A DNA stretch of 64,000 nt from contig NC_091996.1 in NCBI RefSeq assembly GCF_044704955.1, positions 97,526,001 through 97,590,000 on the forward strand, in the 5' to 3' direction. Positions 22,610 to 33,939 of the stretch are shown here, piece after piece (within the stretch, counting starts at the first letter, position 1; each line of letters begins with the position of its first letter). Source of the DNA: Pristiophorus japonicus. Taxonomy: Eukaryota. Below the pieces are notes generated by a model that saw only the letters and a program-made list of their open reading frames with translations, had not been told where the DNA came from and did no database searches. A program made the translations under genes and the position numbers.

Positions 22610-23695
22610 TTCACGAGATGTGGGCATTGCTGGCAAGGCCGGCATTTATTGCCCATCCCCCTAATTGCCCCTTGAGAAGGTGGTGGTGAGCTGCCTTCTC
22701 GAACCGCGGCAGACCGTGTGGCGAAGGTGCTCCCACAGTGCTGTCAGGAAGGGATTTAATCCAGCAAGGATGAGGGGAACGTGGAGGTGGTGGTGTTCCC
22801 ATGCGCCTGCTGCCCTTGTCCTTCTAGGGGGTAGAGGTCGCGGGTTTGGGAGGTGCTGCCGAAGAAGCCTTGGCGAGTTGCTGCAGTGCATCTTGTAGAT
22901 GGTGCACATTCTTATTTTAACCAATACACAGAATGACCGTACACAACCTATGCTGTCACCATCATAGGCAGTCACTTGGAATCGAGAAAGACTTGCTTCC
23001 ACTCTTAAAATGAGGTGACTGAACAGTCCAATACGCGAACCACAGTCCCTGTCACAGGTGGGACAGACAGTGGTTGAGGGAAGGGGAGGGTGGGACTGGT
23101 TTGCCGCACGCTCCTTCCGCTGCCTGCGCTTGGTTTCTGCACGCTCTCGGCGATGAAACTCAAGGTGCTCAGCGCCCTCCCGGATGCACTTCCTCCACTT
23201 AGGGCAGTCTTTGAAACATAGAAACATAGAAAATAGGTGCAGGAGCAGGCCATCCGGCCCTTCGAGCCTGCACCACCATTCAATAAGACCATGGCTGATC
23301 ATTCCTTCAGTATCCCATTCCTGCTTTCTCTCCATACCTCTTGATCCCTTTAGCTGCAAGGGCCATATCTAACTCCCTCTTGAATATATCCAGTGAACTG
23401 GCAGGGACTCCCAGGTGTCAGTGGGGATGTTGCGCTTTATCAGGGAGGCTTTGAGGGTGTCCTTGTAACGTTTCCTCTGCCCACCTTTGGCTCATTTGCC
23501 GTGAAGGAGTTCCGAGTAGAGCGCTTGCTTTGGGAGTCTCATGTCTGGGGCATGCGGACAATGTGGCCCGCCCAGCGGAGCTGGTCGACTGTGGTCAGTG
23601 CTTCAATGCTGGGGATGTTGGCCTGGTCAAGGACACTAACGTTGGTGCATCTGTCCTCCCAGGGGATTTGCAGGATCTTGCGGAGTCGTTGGTGA
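22610..23695 (-). mobile_element. Cluster: LINE/SINE tail fragment and RTE fragment with nested CR1 3' tail (23213-23400)
   Basis: HHQRLRKILQIPWEDR (RTE); catagaaa CR1 tail interrupts the RTE sequence. Confidence 0.75.
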
Positions 23696-23794
23696 TGTGG
23701 GAGTGTTTTGATGTCTTTATCCAGCTCCGACACCCTTCAATAAAAGCAAAACATGAAATAAAGCCACCCCTCAATAAGACATCAGTATCTGTGC

Positions 23795-23800
23795 TTTATT
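23795..23800 (-). terminator. Candidate polyadenylation signal of TM4SF paralogue A
   Basis: AATAAA on the - strand ~300 nt after the stop codon at 24104, in unique AT-rich sequence. Confidence 0.55.
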
Positions 23801-24103
23801 GATAACTGCTCTATTATTACAAGCTTGATGAACTTTTAAACCGTTTGTACAAACAAAAATCACAACCGTACTTGCTTGTTGAGTTTTATAAAAGTTACAT
23901 TAAAAACAGGGCTGTAGATGAAAAAAGGGAACCCTTGTAGTGAAGGAGGTGGCTCTGCCTCTAAGCCAGTTTTGGAATCCCAAGTTTATGAAGAAGATGA
24001 GTTATTCTTATTGCAAGAAGTGCCGTGAGATTTAATTCAATGGCGGCTGGACCGTGTGCAACGTTTTCCAAAATCGTCGCATCACTGGTGACTCCGTCAC
24101 GTG

Positions 24104-24115
24104 TTACACAGGGCC
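24104..24115 (-). CDS. TM4SF paralogue A, terminal coding exon 5 (GPV-stop)
   Basis: Polypyrimidine acceptor cttctgttcttgcatttacag|ggc cct gtg taa; phase 0 fits exon 4; followed by UTR-like sequence and AATAAA. Confidence 0.65.
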   Translation of the reverse strand, partial: GPV

Positions 24116-24199
24116 CTGTAAATGCAAGAACAGAAGGCCTTTAATGCAAAACCGCGTAAGATAGGTCACGAGCATCACCTTAACTGAATCACGTGGGTT

Positions 24200-24535
24200 C
24201 AGGGTCGCCAACTCTGGGCTTATTCCTGGAGGTTTCATCACGTGACCTCTCGCCTCGAGCCCGCCATTGGTCCATCCCCCAACCAATTGGAAGTGGAACA
24301 GCCTAATTGTTACCAAATTGGATCCACCTTGACTGTAGGTGAAACAGCCTTCCCCCCCCACCCCATCTCCAATATTTTTATAATTAATAAATGGAAGTGT
24401 TGAAAGAAAATGAGGAAACATTTGTTAATGTCCCTATAGCTTTCTTTCCCTGAGCCTTTGTTGACTGCAGTGCCCTGCAGGTTAATCATCAATTCCTGGA
24501 GACTCCAGGCCAGTCCTGGAGGGGTGGGCTATGCT
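24200..24535. mobile_element. Degenerate hAT-like MITE (second copy ~40632-40847)
   Basis: AGGGT(C/T)GCCAAC-like termini and shared ctccagg..atcctggaggg subterminal motif. Confidence 0.45.
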
Positions 24536-24983
24536 TCCCTTAGGAGCAGGGAAGGACAATCCAGTGAGCCTCGTTCGAGCGAGGTTTGGAGCTGAGGTTC
24601 TAAGGCCCAGTCTGCGGACCCCCCCCCCCCCGCTCTCATCCAGCGAGGCTCCAGGCCGAAGGTAGAGCTTTGCGAAATGACCCCCAGGATACTTTTAATA
24701 CACGACTGACCACAGCGCGTTCTGTTTGTAACACTTGTGGGAAAATCAATGGAAGAAATTTTATCTTAGACTAGTTTTATTCAAGGTGATATGTTTAACA
24801 AAAATAAAAGACTTGCATTTTTATAGCATCGGTCACAACCTCAAGATGTCCCAAAGCACTTTACAGCCAATGAAGTACTTTTTGGAGTGCAGTCACTGTT
24901 GTAATGTAAGAAATGTGGCAGCCAGTTTGCGCACAGCAAGATCCCACACACAGCAAATATCGACGAGCACACTGGGAAGACCT

Positions 24984-26241
24984 TGTAATGTATTTACTTC
25001 AGGGATTCTTCGCTTAAGAATTCAAAGCAACACATTGCTATTAAGTGCAGGCATCAGCTCCCCAAGGATTGTTGGACATTATATGGACATTGCGTTTTAA
25101 TATTTCCCACTGCAGAAAAAAGCTGGAAACCTGTTGTGGGAGGGGCCTAGGTACTTGTTGTACTCCACATCTGATGGGCGGGGCTGGGCAGTGAAGTTAC
25201 AATGGCCAGGAGAAGGCAACTCATCACAGGTAATGAGCAAAGATGGAGGGTCCATTGTTAAACAATGTGAACTCGTCAGAGATAGATCAGATGTATCTGG
25301 TCAGTGATCAAACCATTACCTGGATCAGATAACCCTGAGAGGCGGGAAACCAGAACAAAAGAAAGCCATTAAGCCCAGACCGGTTGGAAGCAAAACCCCA
25401 ACACATGGGCTACTCAGAAGCCTCGAAACAAGGAAAAATTTTATTGGGCCAGAAAAGGCAAACAGATTTGGGAGATAAAAGATGGCCTTGTGGCCATAGC
25501 TCTCTCTCTTGCTCCACCTCGACAAGGACCGAGCATTCCGTCTGGGATGGATAGACAGTATGGAACTAGAAGAGACACGTTTTCACCAGGAGAAGCGGCG
25601 AGTAAGCCAACAAATCGGTGAGCATCATCCCCACCCACGCATCTTTAAGACCACAGCCACTGTGTGAGGAGGTGGCGTGCGTGCTCCCAACCAAGCCTTA
25701 GCAGGGTTTTAGTGGGGAGGTTTATCTGCAAGGACCATAGGGGTACGCCCAGCCAGTCGGTACAGATTCAGGGGTACACTGTGAATTGAGCAGAGGGTTT
25801 AGACGTTGGGTACTTCGCGATAGGGGCAGTTTAGACACGCCAGGGTATTGGATAGTACTACATCGTCACTGTGTTTACTTGTAGTTTTGCTGTGTTGAGG
25901 TAGCTTTAATAAAAGCATTGCCGGTTGAGACCGAGGTATTTGTCCGTGACTCATTCATCACTCCCAGGTCTAGAACTATTGTAACGTGGGGGTGTGTCGA
26001 AAACACCTAAGGGAAACCACTTACATAAGAACTAGTTGGTTTATTAATAAAGATTTAACAATCACATGACACGTTACCAGTTCATCCACTAGGCTCACAA
26101 CTGTATACCTCATTGTGGATGATCTAGAGCCAACGGGCTGGGGTTTTATTGAGTCTTGTGAACATCACATGACTGGCTAAGCCACTCACAATGCAACAGC
26201 CCCACAAATCTGTAAGCATATTCACAGGTGCATACATTACA
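24984..26241 (-). mobile_element. Solo LTR (~275 bp family) split by a nested LTR
   Basis: Termini tgtaatgtat / atacattaca, 5-bp TSD gacct; other copies at 27994-28268 and 32373-32611. Confidence 0.85.
25046..26025 (+). mobile_element. Solo LTR, 980 bp, nested
   Basis: TG...CA ends, 4-bp TSD taag (25042-25045 and 26026-26029), AATAAA at ~25908. Confidence 0.8.
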
Positions 26242-26827
26242 GACCTCCCCATCTCTTCTTTCCATCTTTTTCGGCCACCCGAGAGAGTAGACGGGGCCTC
26301 GGTTTAACAAAATGTCCGATTATGTGTGCAATCTCTGGAGTAGGAATTGAACTCACAGCACTCCTGACACAGGAGGCGAGAGTGCTACCCACTAAGCCAC
26401 GGCTGTTGGTGTTATTATGATCTGGAACGCGCTGGCTGAAAGGGCAGTGCAAGCAGATTCAATCATAACTTTCAAATGGGTTCAATACTTGAAAAGGAGA
26501 CATTAACAGAGCTGTGGGGAAAGAGCAGGGGGAGTAGATAGCTCTTTCAGAGAACAGACGCAAGCACGATGGCCCAACTGGCCTCCTTCTGTGCTCTGTG
26601 ATTCTATGTATACGCAATTATTAAATAAGCTGATTCTCATCAGTCCTGACATATTACCGCTGCTGTCTTGTCTGTATCTGCCTCTTCCTTCACCCTTACA
26701 CAATCAAACGAATAGTCATACGACTTGACAATTTACAATTATCTTTGTTACCCTTTCTGGGGCTATATTTCAATTAGTGGAAGGGCGAAAAGACATCAAT
26801 CAGCTTCTTGGGAACATTTTGCCAATA

Positions 26828-27161
26828 CAGGTTGAAACTCCCTTATCCAGAACTCCCTTATCCAGAACCACTCCTGGCCACCAGTGGCGCATGCACAGAA
26901 CTTCGACACGAGCAAATTGAAGTCCTTCCTCACTGCCGACTCCCGCAATCGCTGGCCTGACCCCATGATCCATGCACCCCGCCCCCACCCCACCCTGCCA
27001 CGATCTCTCTGCTGCACTCCCAACCTCAAGCCAGCCAACCCCGACATCCCCTTGCTCAGTACCTGTACCATCCAATTTAACGTGACCACCTCTCGTCCAG
27101 AAAAATCCCTTATCTGGAACAGGCCAGGTCCCGAGGATCCGGATAAGGGGGGCTTAACCTG
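26828..27161. mobile_element. Tc1/mariner (Tigger/pogo-like) MITE
   Basis: ~24-bp imperfect TIRs caggttgaaactcccttatcc / ggataaggggggcttaacctg with TA duplication on both sides. Confidence 0.8.
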
Positions 27162-27299
27162 TAGTACAATTGTGAAAACATAGGCAACTTCATTGGACAC
27201 ACTAATTTCCCCCCCTCTAGAGCATGTCTCTGAGATGCACTATTTCCCTTCAGTGATTGTCTTCAAGATGTGCCCCCCCTCCCCCCTTGGGGTGCAGAG

Positions 27300-27845
27300 A
27301 CAGGAGGAGGCCATTCAGCCCCTCGAGCCTGTTCCGCCACTCAATGAGATCATGGCTGACCTGTGACCTAACTCCATACACCCGCCTTTGCCCCATATCC
27401 CTCAATACCTTTGGTTAACAGAAAGCTTTCAATATCAGATTTTAAATTAACAATTGACCCAGCACCAATTGCCGTTTGCAGAAGAGAGTTCCAAACTTCT
27501 ATCAGCCTTTGTGTGTAGAAATGTTTCCTAATTTCACTCCTGAAAGGTCTGACTCTAATTATTAGACTTTGTCCCCTTATCCTAGACTCCCCAACCAGCG
27601 AAAATAGTTTCCCTCCATCTACCCTGTCTGTTCCCCTTAATTACTCGAAAACTTTGATCAAATCACCTCTTAACCTCTATATTCCAAGGTATACAAACCT
27701 AGTTTGTGTAAACTCCTCGTAATTTAACCCTTGCAGTCCGGGTATAGTTCTGGTAAACCGATGCCGTACTCCCTCCAAGGCCAATATATCCTCCCTAAGG
27801 TGTGGTACCCAGAACTGCTCACAGTGCTCCAGCTGTGGTCTAACT
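27300..27845 (-). mobile_element. CR1 LINE 3' fragment
   Basis: CR1 3' hairpin and degenerate ORF2 end. Confidence 0.8.
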
Positions 27846-27993
27846 TATGTCCGTACTATCCTTCCATCAATTTCACATTTAAGAAGCAGTGCTGCTGTAT
27901 ATTGATCTGATTGATGACTCTTCCAACCAGCCTGGCATCACGTGTGTGCCTTGCGTGCCTTATCGCAACAGGCTTTACAATAGCTTCCCCTGG

Positions 27994-28268
27994 TGTGATG
28001 TGTTTGCTTCATGGGTTCTTTGCTTACGAATTCATAGCAACATATTGTTATTAAGAACTAGTTGGTTTATTAGCAAAGGTTTAACAATCACACGATACAT
28101 TAACAGTTCATCCACCAGGCTCACAACCACCTGCCTCATCGTGGACACCTCGAACCCAACTGGACGGGGTTTTATTGAGTCTTGTGAACATCACGTGACA
28201 TGGCTAAGCCACTCCCAACTCAACAGCTCCACCAGCCTGTGAGTTTACTCGCAGGTGCATACATTACA
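27994..28268 (-). mobile_element. Solo LTR (~275 bp family)
   Basis: tgtgatgt...acattaca ends, TSD cctgg/cctgt. Confidence 0.8.
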
Positions 28269-28310
28269 CCTGTCAAAGCTGAAATGCTGAAGTTAATATC
28301 TGGGACTCAC

Positions 28311-28500
28311 CGCCCCCCTTTTTCCGCAAGTTCCACAAAGACACCCCAAGAGGCCATTGAACATCTGAATCCCGCACAGGATGAGCTCAATGGCGCTGAA
28401 GCCTATCAGCAAGGAGAAAAGGATCACGTTGAACACAACCACTTTGTCGGGCCTCGTGCATTTGTTCCAGATCTCGGGATGAAAGAGATAGTTTTTTTCG
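28311..28500 (-). CDS. TM4SF paralogue A, coding exon 4 (EKNYLFHPEIWNKCTRPDKVVVFNVILFSLL...IQMFNGLLGCLCGTCGKRGA)
   Basis: Acceptor cag| at 28503-28501, donor |gtgagt; 190 nt, phase-compatible with exon 3; YL..W..C..P..VV..N and IQ..NG..G..CG motifs of the L6 family. Confidence 0.9.
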
Positions 28501-29089
28501 CTGGTGAATAAATGATATAAGGAGTTAAACTTACAAAACTCTTCCTCGGTGCTTCAGTAGAAATTGAAAAAGCTATTGCAAGTGATACGATCATCAGAAG
28601 TGTACAGAAAATAATAGCAGTACGTAATTTTTACAGCACAGAAACCGACCATTTGGCCCAACAGGTCCATGCTGGTATTCATGCTCCACACGACCCTCCT
28701 CCTACCCCTCTACATCTCACTTCCTCACCATATCCTTCCATTCCTTTCTCCCTCATGTATTTATCCAGCTTCCCCTTAAATGCATCCATTGTTATTTGCC
28801 GTAAGTTCCACATTCAGGTCAATAGTTAAGAGGAATTACTTGTTCAATTATAGTCGACACCTAGGGCATTTGGAGGAGCAACATTCCTATGAAATAAGTC
28901 TTGATGGTGCAAAGATACCATGGACTGCCCAGGTTTGACTCTCTCGCCTGACCTTTTCATCTCTCTCTCCCTCCTCCTCATGCCTCCCTCTCTTCAGCTT
29001 GTCCTTCCTCCTCCCTCCTGCTCTTCCACACCCCCTCCCATCCCACCTTGGCAAAGAAGTTTCTCCTGAATTCCCGATTTCTTTTATTG

Positions 29090-29440
29090 GTTCATAGGAT
29101 GTGGATGTCGCTGTCGCTGGCAAGGCCACACTTATTGCCCATCCTGAAATACCCTTCAGAAGATGGTGGTAAGCCGCCTTCTAGAGGGGCAGTTAAGAGT
29201 CAACCACATTGCTGTGGGTCTGGAGTCACCTATAGCCCAGACTGGGTAAGGGCGGCAGATTTCCTTCCGTAAAGGGGGCATTAGTGAACCAGTTGGGTTT
29301 TGACGACAATCCGATAGTTTCATGGTCACCATCACTGATACTCGCTTTTTATTCCAGATTTATTTAATTAACTGAATTTAAATTCTCTGGCTGCCGTGGT
29401 GGGATTTCAACTCACGTCTCGGGATCAATAGCCCGGATCA
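29090..29440 (-). mobile_element. Second tRNA-derived SINE family (other copies 40960-41270, 55527-55975, 58645-58940)
   Basis: Shared gagttcaaatccc head and gtgactccagacccacagcaatgtggttgac body. Confidence 0.7.
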
Positions 29441-29844
29441 ATTGGATTCATTAGTGACTATCTTGTACTTATAGCCCCTAATTTTAGACTTCCCACAAGT
29501 GGAAACATCTTCTCTACATCTACACTATTGAAGCCCTTCCTAATTTTACAGACCTCTTTCGCTCACTCCTCAGCCTTCTCTATTCTAGAGAAAAGAGAGC
29601 CAGCCTGTTCACTCTTTCCTGATATTTATAACCTCCCAGTTCTGGTATCACTTTTGTAAATTTGTTTTGCTCCTCCCCCAGGGCCTTTATGTCCTTTTAT
29701 GGAGCCTCATTGTCATTGTATAGTCGTTTCAAGAAAAGCAATATGTGCCTTGAAATTTCCTGAGCTGGATGCACAAGTTACTATCCAATACAGAATCTAA
29801 AATGAGAATCATAAATACAGTCAAAGTAAATACTATCTCTTCAT

Positions 29845-30260
29845 GAAAGAAAGCATTGCATTTATAGAGCGCTTTTCATGAACTCCAAACATCCCACAAG
29901 TTTTACAATCAATGAATACATTTGAAGTGTTGTAATGTGGGACACGCGGCAGACAATCTGCGCACAGCAAGCTCCCACAAACAGCAATGTGATAATGATC
30001 GGATCATCTGTTGTAGTGATGTTAATTGAGAGATAAATATTGGCCGGGACACCAGGGAGAACTCCCCTGCTCTTCTTCGAAATGGTGGCCATGGGATCTT
30101 TTCCACCACTGCAGAGGGCAGACGGGGCCTCGGTTTAACATCTCATCCAAACGACGGCACCTCTGACAGTGCAGCACTCCCTTGGTACCTGGGAATATCC
30201 TGAGTATCAACCTGGATGATGTGCTCAAATCCCCAGAGTGGGAATTAGAATCCATATCCT
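29845..30260 (-). mobile_element. Deu-SINE copy with a single unit
   Basis: Tail, body, one ctctgacagtgcagcactccct unit, degraded head. Confidence 0.8.
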
Positions 30261-30922
30261 GGTGACTAAGGCTAGTGATTAGATATTAAGGGGACCGGAT
30301 AGGGTAGCTAGAGAGAAACGATTCCCGCTGGTTGGGGAGTCTGGGACTAGGGGCACAGTCTTAAAAATTAGAGCCAGACCTTTCAGGAGTGAAATTAGGA
30401 AACACTTCTACACACAAAGGGCGGTAGAAGTTTGGAACTCTCTTCCGCAAACGGCAGTTGATGCTGGATCAATTGTTAATTTTAAATCTGAGATTGATAG
30501 TATATTTAAGGTGGAGATAGACAGATTTTTGAGTAATAAGGGAGTGAAGGGTTATGGGGAGCGGGCGGGGAAGTGGAGCTGAGTCCATGATCAGATCGGC
30601 CATGATCTTATTGAATGGCGGAGCAGGCTCGAGGGGCCAAATAGCCGACTCCTGCTCCTATTTCTTATGTTCTAATGTTCTTATGGTAGCTTTCTGTTAA
30701 CCAAAGGTATTAAGCGATATGGGCCAAAGGCGGGTAGATGGAGTTAGGTGACAGATCAGCCATGATCCCACTGAATGTGGGAACAGGCTCGAGGGGCTGA
30801 ATGGCCTCCTCTTGTTCCGGTGTTCCTATGAGTGACACGGTGATGAACACAACCAATGGCAGAGGACGAGTTCATCATTCTCCACTTGGCAAAGAAAAGA
30901 TGAATATATTTGAGACTCTTAC

Positions 30923-31092
30923 ATGTCCTCTAGGTCATAATGGGCATTGTCAAGGTCTCCGCTGAAAGGTCTTGTCCAATTTCCATTATTGTACTCACAC
31001 GTTGGCCCATTCACTAAGCCAAGTATGGAAGTAATGAGGCAGTATCCCGAGCCCAGTGCTCCCAGTGCCGCAAACAGAATGGAGAGGAACAT
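30923..31092 (-). CDS. TM4SF paralogue A, coding exon 3 (MFLSILFAALGALGSGYCL...NGPTC...WTRPF...)
   Basis: Acceptor tttcag|, donor |gtaag; 170 nt; TM3 plus GPxC and WxxPF motifs of the L6 family. Confidence 0.9.
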
Positions 31093-32611
31093 CTGAAAGT
31101 GTGGCAAGATACAGATTTATTATAACATTCAAATATTACCTGCAGATTTCATTGCAAAAGCTCATGCAGACACACACATGTCAATATCAATGTCAATCAT
31201 TCATTATTTCATTCACTTCACTTTGTAATGTGAGACTGTTCCTCGAAGATAATTTTGTTTTTAATCCATCAGGGTAATAATTTCTCACCCATCTCACCCT
31301 CAATCAGCTTCCCGCTGGAGTGAAGCTAATCTACAGAACAAACGGGAAATTGTTCAATCTCCGTCGCCTCCAGTCCAGATCCAAGGTCGGCCCATCCTCT
31401 GCCATCCAATTACAGTATGCAGGCGACACTTGCATCGGAGGTCGAACTCCAAGCCGTCGTCAACACCTTCACCCTGTGAGAGACTGTAGGTCCCACATTG
31501 GACTCATCAGTCACCTGAGAACTCATATTAGTGTGGAAGCAAGTCATCCTCTACTCCAAGGTTCTGCCTAAGAAGAAGAAGAATTTCTAATGTAGCTGAT
31601 TGTCCCCTGGTTGCCCCCGACCTGACTCTATCTCAAACCTCAGGACTAGGTCCCTTTGGTTAAAGGACATGCGCCTGCACCATTTACAGCGTTCTCTGGG
31701 TGGTAATGTAGGAAACGCGGAAGCCAATTTGCACACAGCAAGCCCCCACAAACAGCAATGTGATAATGACCAGATAATTTGCTTTTGTTAAGATGTGTGA
31801 ATTCCCTATTGAATTTATTAGTGACCATCTTACATTTATGACCCCTAGTCTTGGTCTCCCCCACAAATGGAAATATCTTCTCTACGTCTACTCTATCGAA
31901 CCCCTTCATAGTCTTTGAAAGGATGAACGGTTTTGATGGAGTGGATACAGAGAGTGTTTCCACTTGTGGGGAAGAGCATAACTAGAGGCCATCAATATCA
32001 GATAGTCACCCAGAAATCCAATGGGGAATTGAGGAGAAACTTCTTTACCCAGAGAGCGGTGAGAATGTGGAACTCGCTGCCACAGGGAGGGGTTGAGGCG
32101 AATAGTATCGATGCATTTAAGGGGAGGCTGGACAAGAATATGGGGGAGAAGGGAATAGAGGGTTATGTTGATAGAGTTAGATGGGGAAAGACAGGAGGAG
32201 GTTCGAGCGGAGCAAAACACCGGCACGGACTGGTTAGGCCGAACGGCCTGTTTCTGTGCCGTATAGCCGATGTATATGTATGTCATTTTAAAGACCTCAA
32301 TCAGGTCACCCCCTCAGTCTTTTCTTTTTCTCAAGCAAGGAGCCCCAGCCTGTTTTGATAAATATATCCTTATGTAATGTATTTGCTTCTTGGCTTCTTT
32401 GCTTAAGAATCCATAGCAACACATTTCTATTAAGAACTAGTTGGTTTATTAACAAAGGTTCAACAATCGGACTACACATTACCAGTTCATCCACCAGGCT
32501 CACAACTGCATACCTCATCGTGGATGACCTAGTATCAACTGGCTGGGGTTTTATTGAGTCTTGTAACATCACGTGACTGGCGAAGCCACTCACAATGCAA
32601 CAGCTCTACAA

Positions 32612-33128
32612 CTATTTTTAGATAGAACTTTAAATCAAGTGCCTCCTTTTGGTAAGGGCACCAGAACCCGCAAATTTCCAAATCAATTGGGAACTTTGCC
32701 AAATCAAATTAAAATTTGGTTGCCGGGGGTAATGATGCACTCCAGTCCTCCGGCACCCACCTCTCGCGGAAGGCCGCGAGCGTACCGGTGGACACCGCGT
32801 GCTCCATCTCCAGGGACACCCTGGCTCGGATGTAACCGCGGAAGAGAGGCAGGCAGTCGGGCTGAATGACCCCCTCGACCGCCCGCAGCCTGGACCGGCT
32901 GATGGCCCCCTTGGCCAGGCCCAGGAGCAGCCTACGAGGAGGCCTTCCGACCTGCCCGCTCCCCTCCGCACAGGGTGCCCAAAGATCAGGAGTGTGGGAC
33001 TGAAGTGCAGCCAGAATTTGAGGAGCAGCCCCTTCAAATAATGGAAGAGGGGCTGCAACCTCACACACTGCACACACACGTGGAACACGGATTCCTCCAG
33101 ACCGCAGAAATTGCAGGCGGCCTGGGAG
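32612..33128 (-). mobile_element. Tx1-like (L1 group) LINE 3' fragment inserted into a solo LTR
   Basis: ESVFHV..C, LLGLAK.AI, FRERW ORF2 end; 15-bp TSD gcaacagctctacaa at 32597-32611 and 33129-33143. Confidence 0.75.
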
Positions 33129-33275
33129 GCAACAGCTCTACAAACCTTCCACCAAATCAGGTAATGTCCTTGTGAATATGTTTTGCACCTTCTCCAGTGC
33201 CTCCATATCCTTTTGATAATTATGGGGACCCGACCAGTATTCCGGCAAACAGAGTCCAGAACCAGAGGAACTCAC

Positions 33276-33341
33276 CCCACATCTATTTGCACAGCATCCG
33301 CCACCGCCTGTTGCATGGATGTGAATCGCCGGAAACAAAAT
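33276..33341 (-). CDS. TM4SF paralogue A, coding exon 2 (ILFPAIHIHATGGGGCCANRCG)
   Basis: Acceptor ttccaacag|, donor |gtgagt; 66 nt, phase 0/0; Cys-rich intracellular loop. Confidence 0.9.
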
Positions 33342-33619
33342 CTGTTGGAAGAAGTTATTAAGAAAAAGCAATTAAAATATGCAAGCATACTCTTAAGGGA
33401 TTGATATTTAAAGTATTGGGGAAGGAGGCCATTTGGCCCCATCACCTACGTGCTGCCTCCCTCAAAGAGCCATTCCCTTGCCCCATATCCTTTTCATGTT
33501 TATTTTGTTTTTGAAACAGCCATTTCCCTTTTACTTTCTACTTCCCCACTGTTTCTGCTAGGGTAGTACATGTCCTAACAACCCTCTGTGGGGGTGGGGG
33601 CGATGGGAATCCCTTACCC

Positions 33620-33920
33620 TCTCCTCTAATTCTACCTTCCTGACCATCCCTGATTATAGTCGCTCCACCATCGGTGGCCGTGCCTTCTGTTGCCTGGGCC
33701 CCAAGCTCTGGAACTCCCTCCCTAAACCTCTCCACCTCTCTTTTCTCCTTCAAGACGCTCCTTAAAACCCACCTCTTTGACCCAGCTTTTGGTCACCAGC
33801 CCTAATTTCTCCTTATGCAGCTTGGTGTCAATTTTTTTCATCTCAAAATACTACTGTGAAGCACCTTGAGACGTTCCACTACGTTAAAGGCGCTATATAA
33901 ATATAAGTTGTTGTTGTTCA
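33620..33920 (+). mobile_element. L2 LINE 3' end
   Basis: GRAF..LGPKLWNSLP motif; tail aaaggcgctatataaatataagttgttgttg. Confidence 0.8.
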
Positions 33921-33939
33921 TTGTTTTACATGAAAAAAA

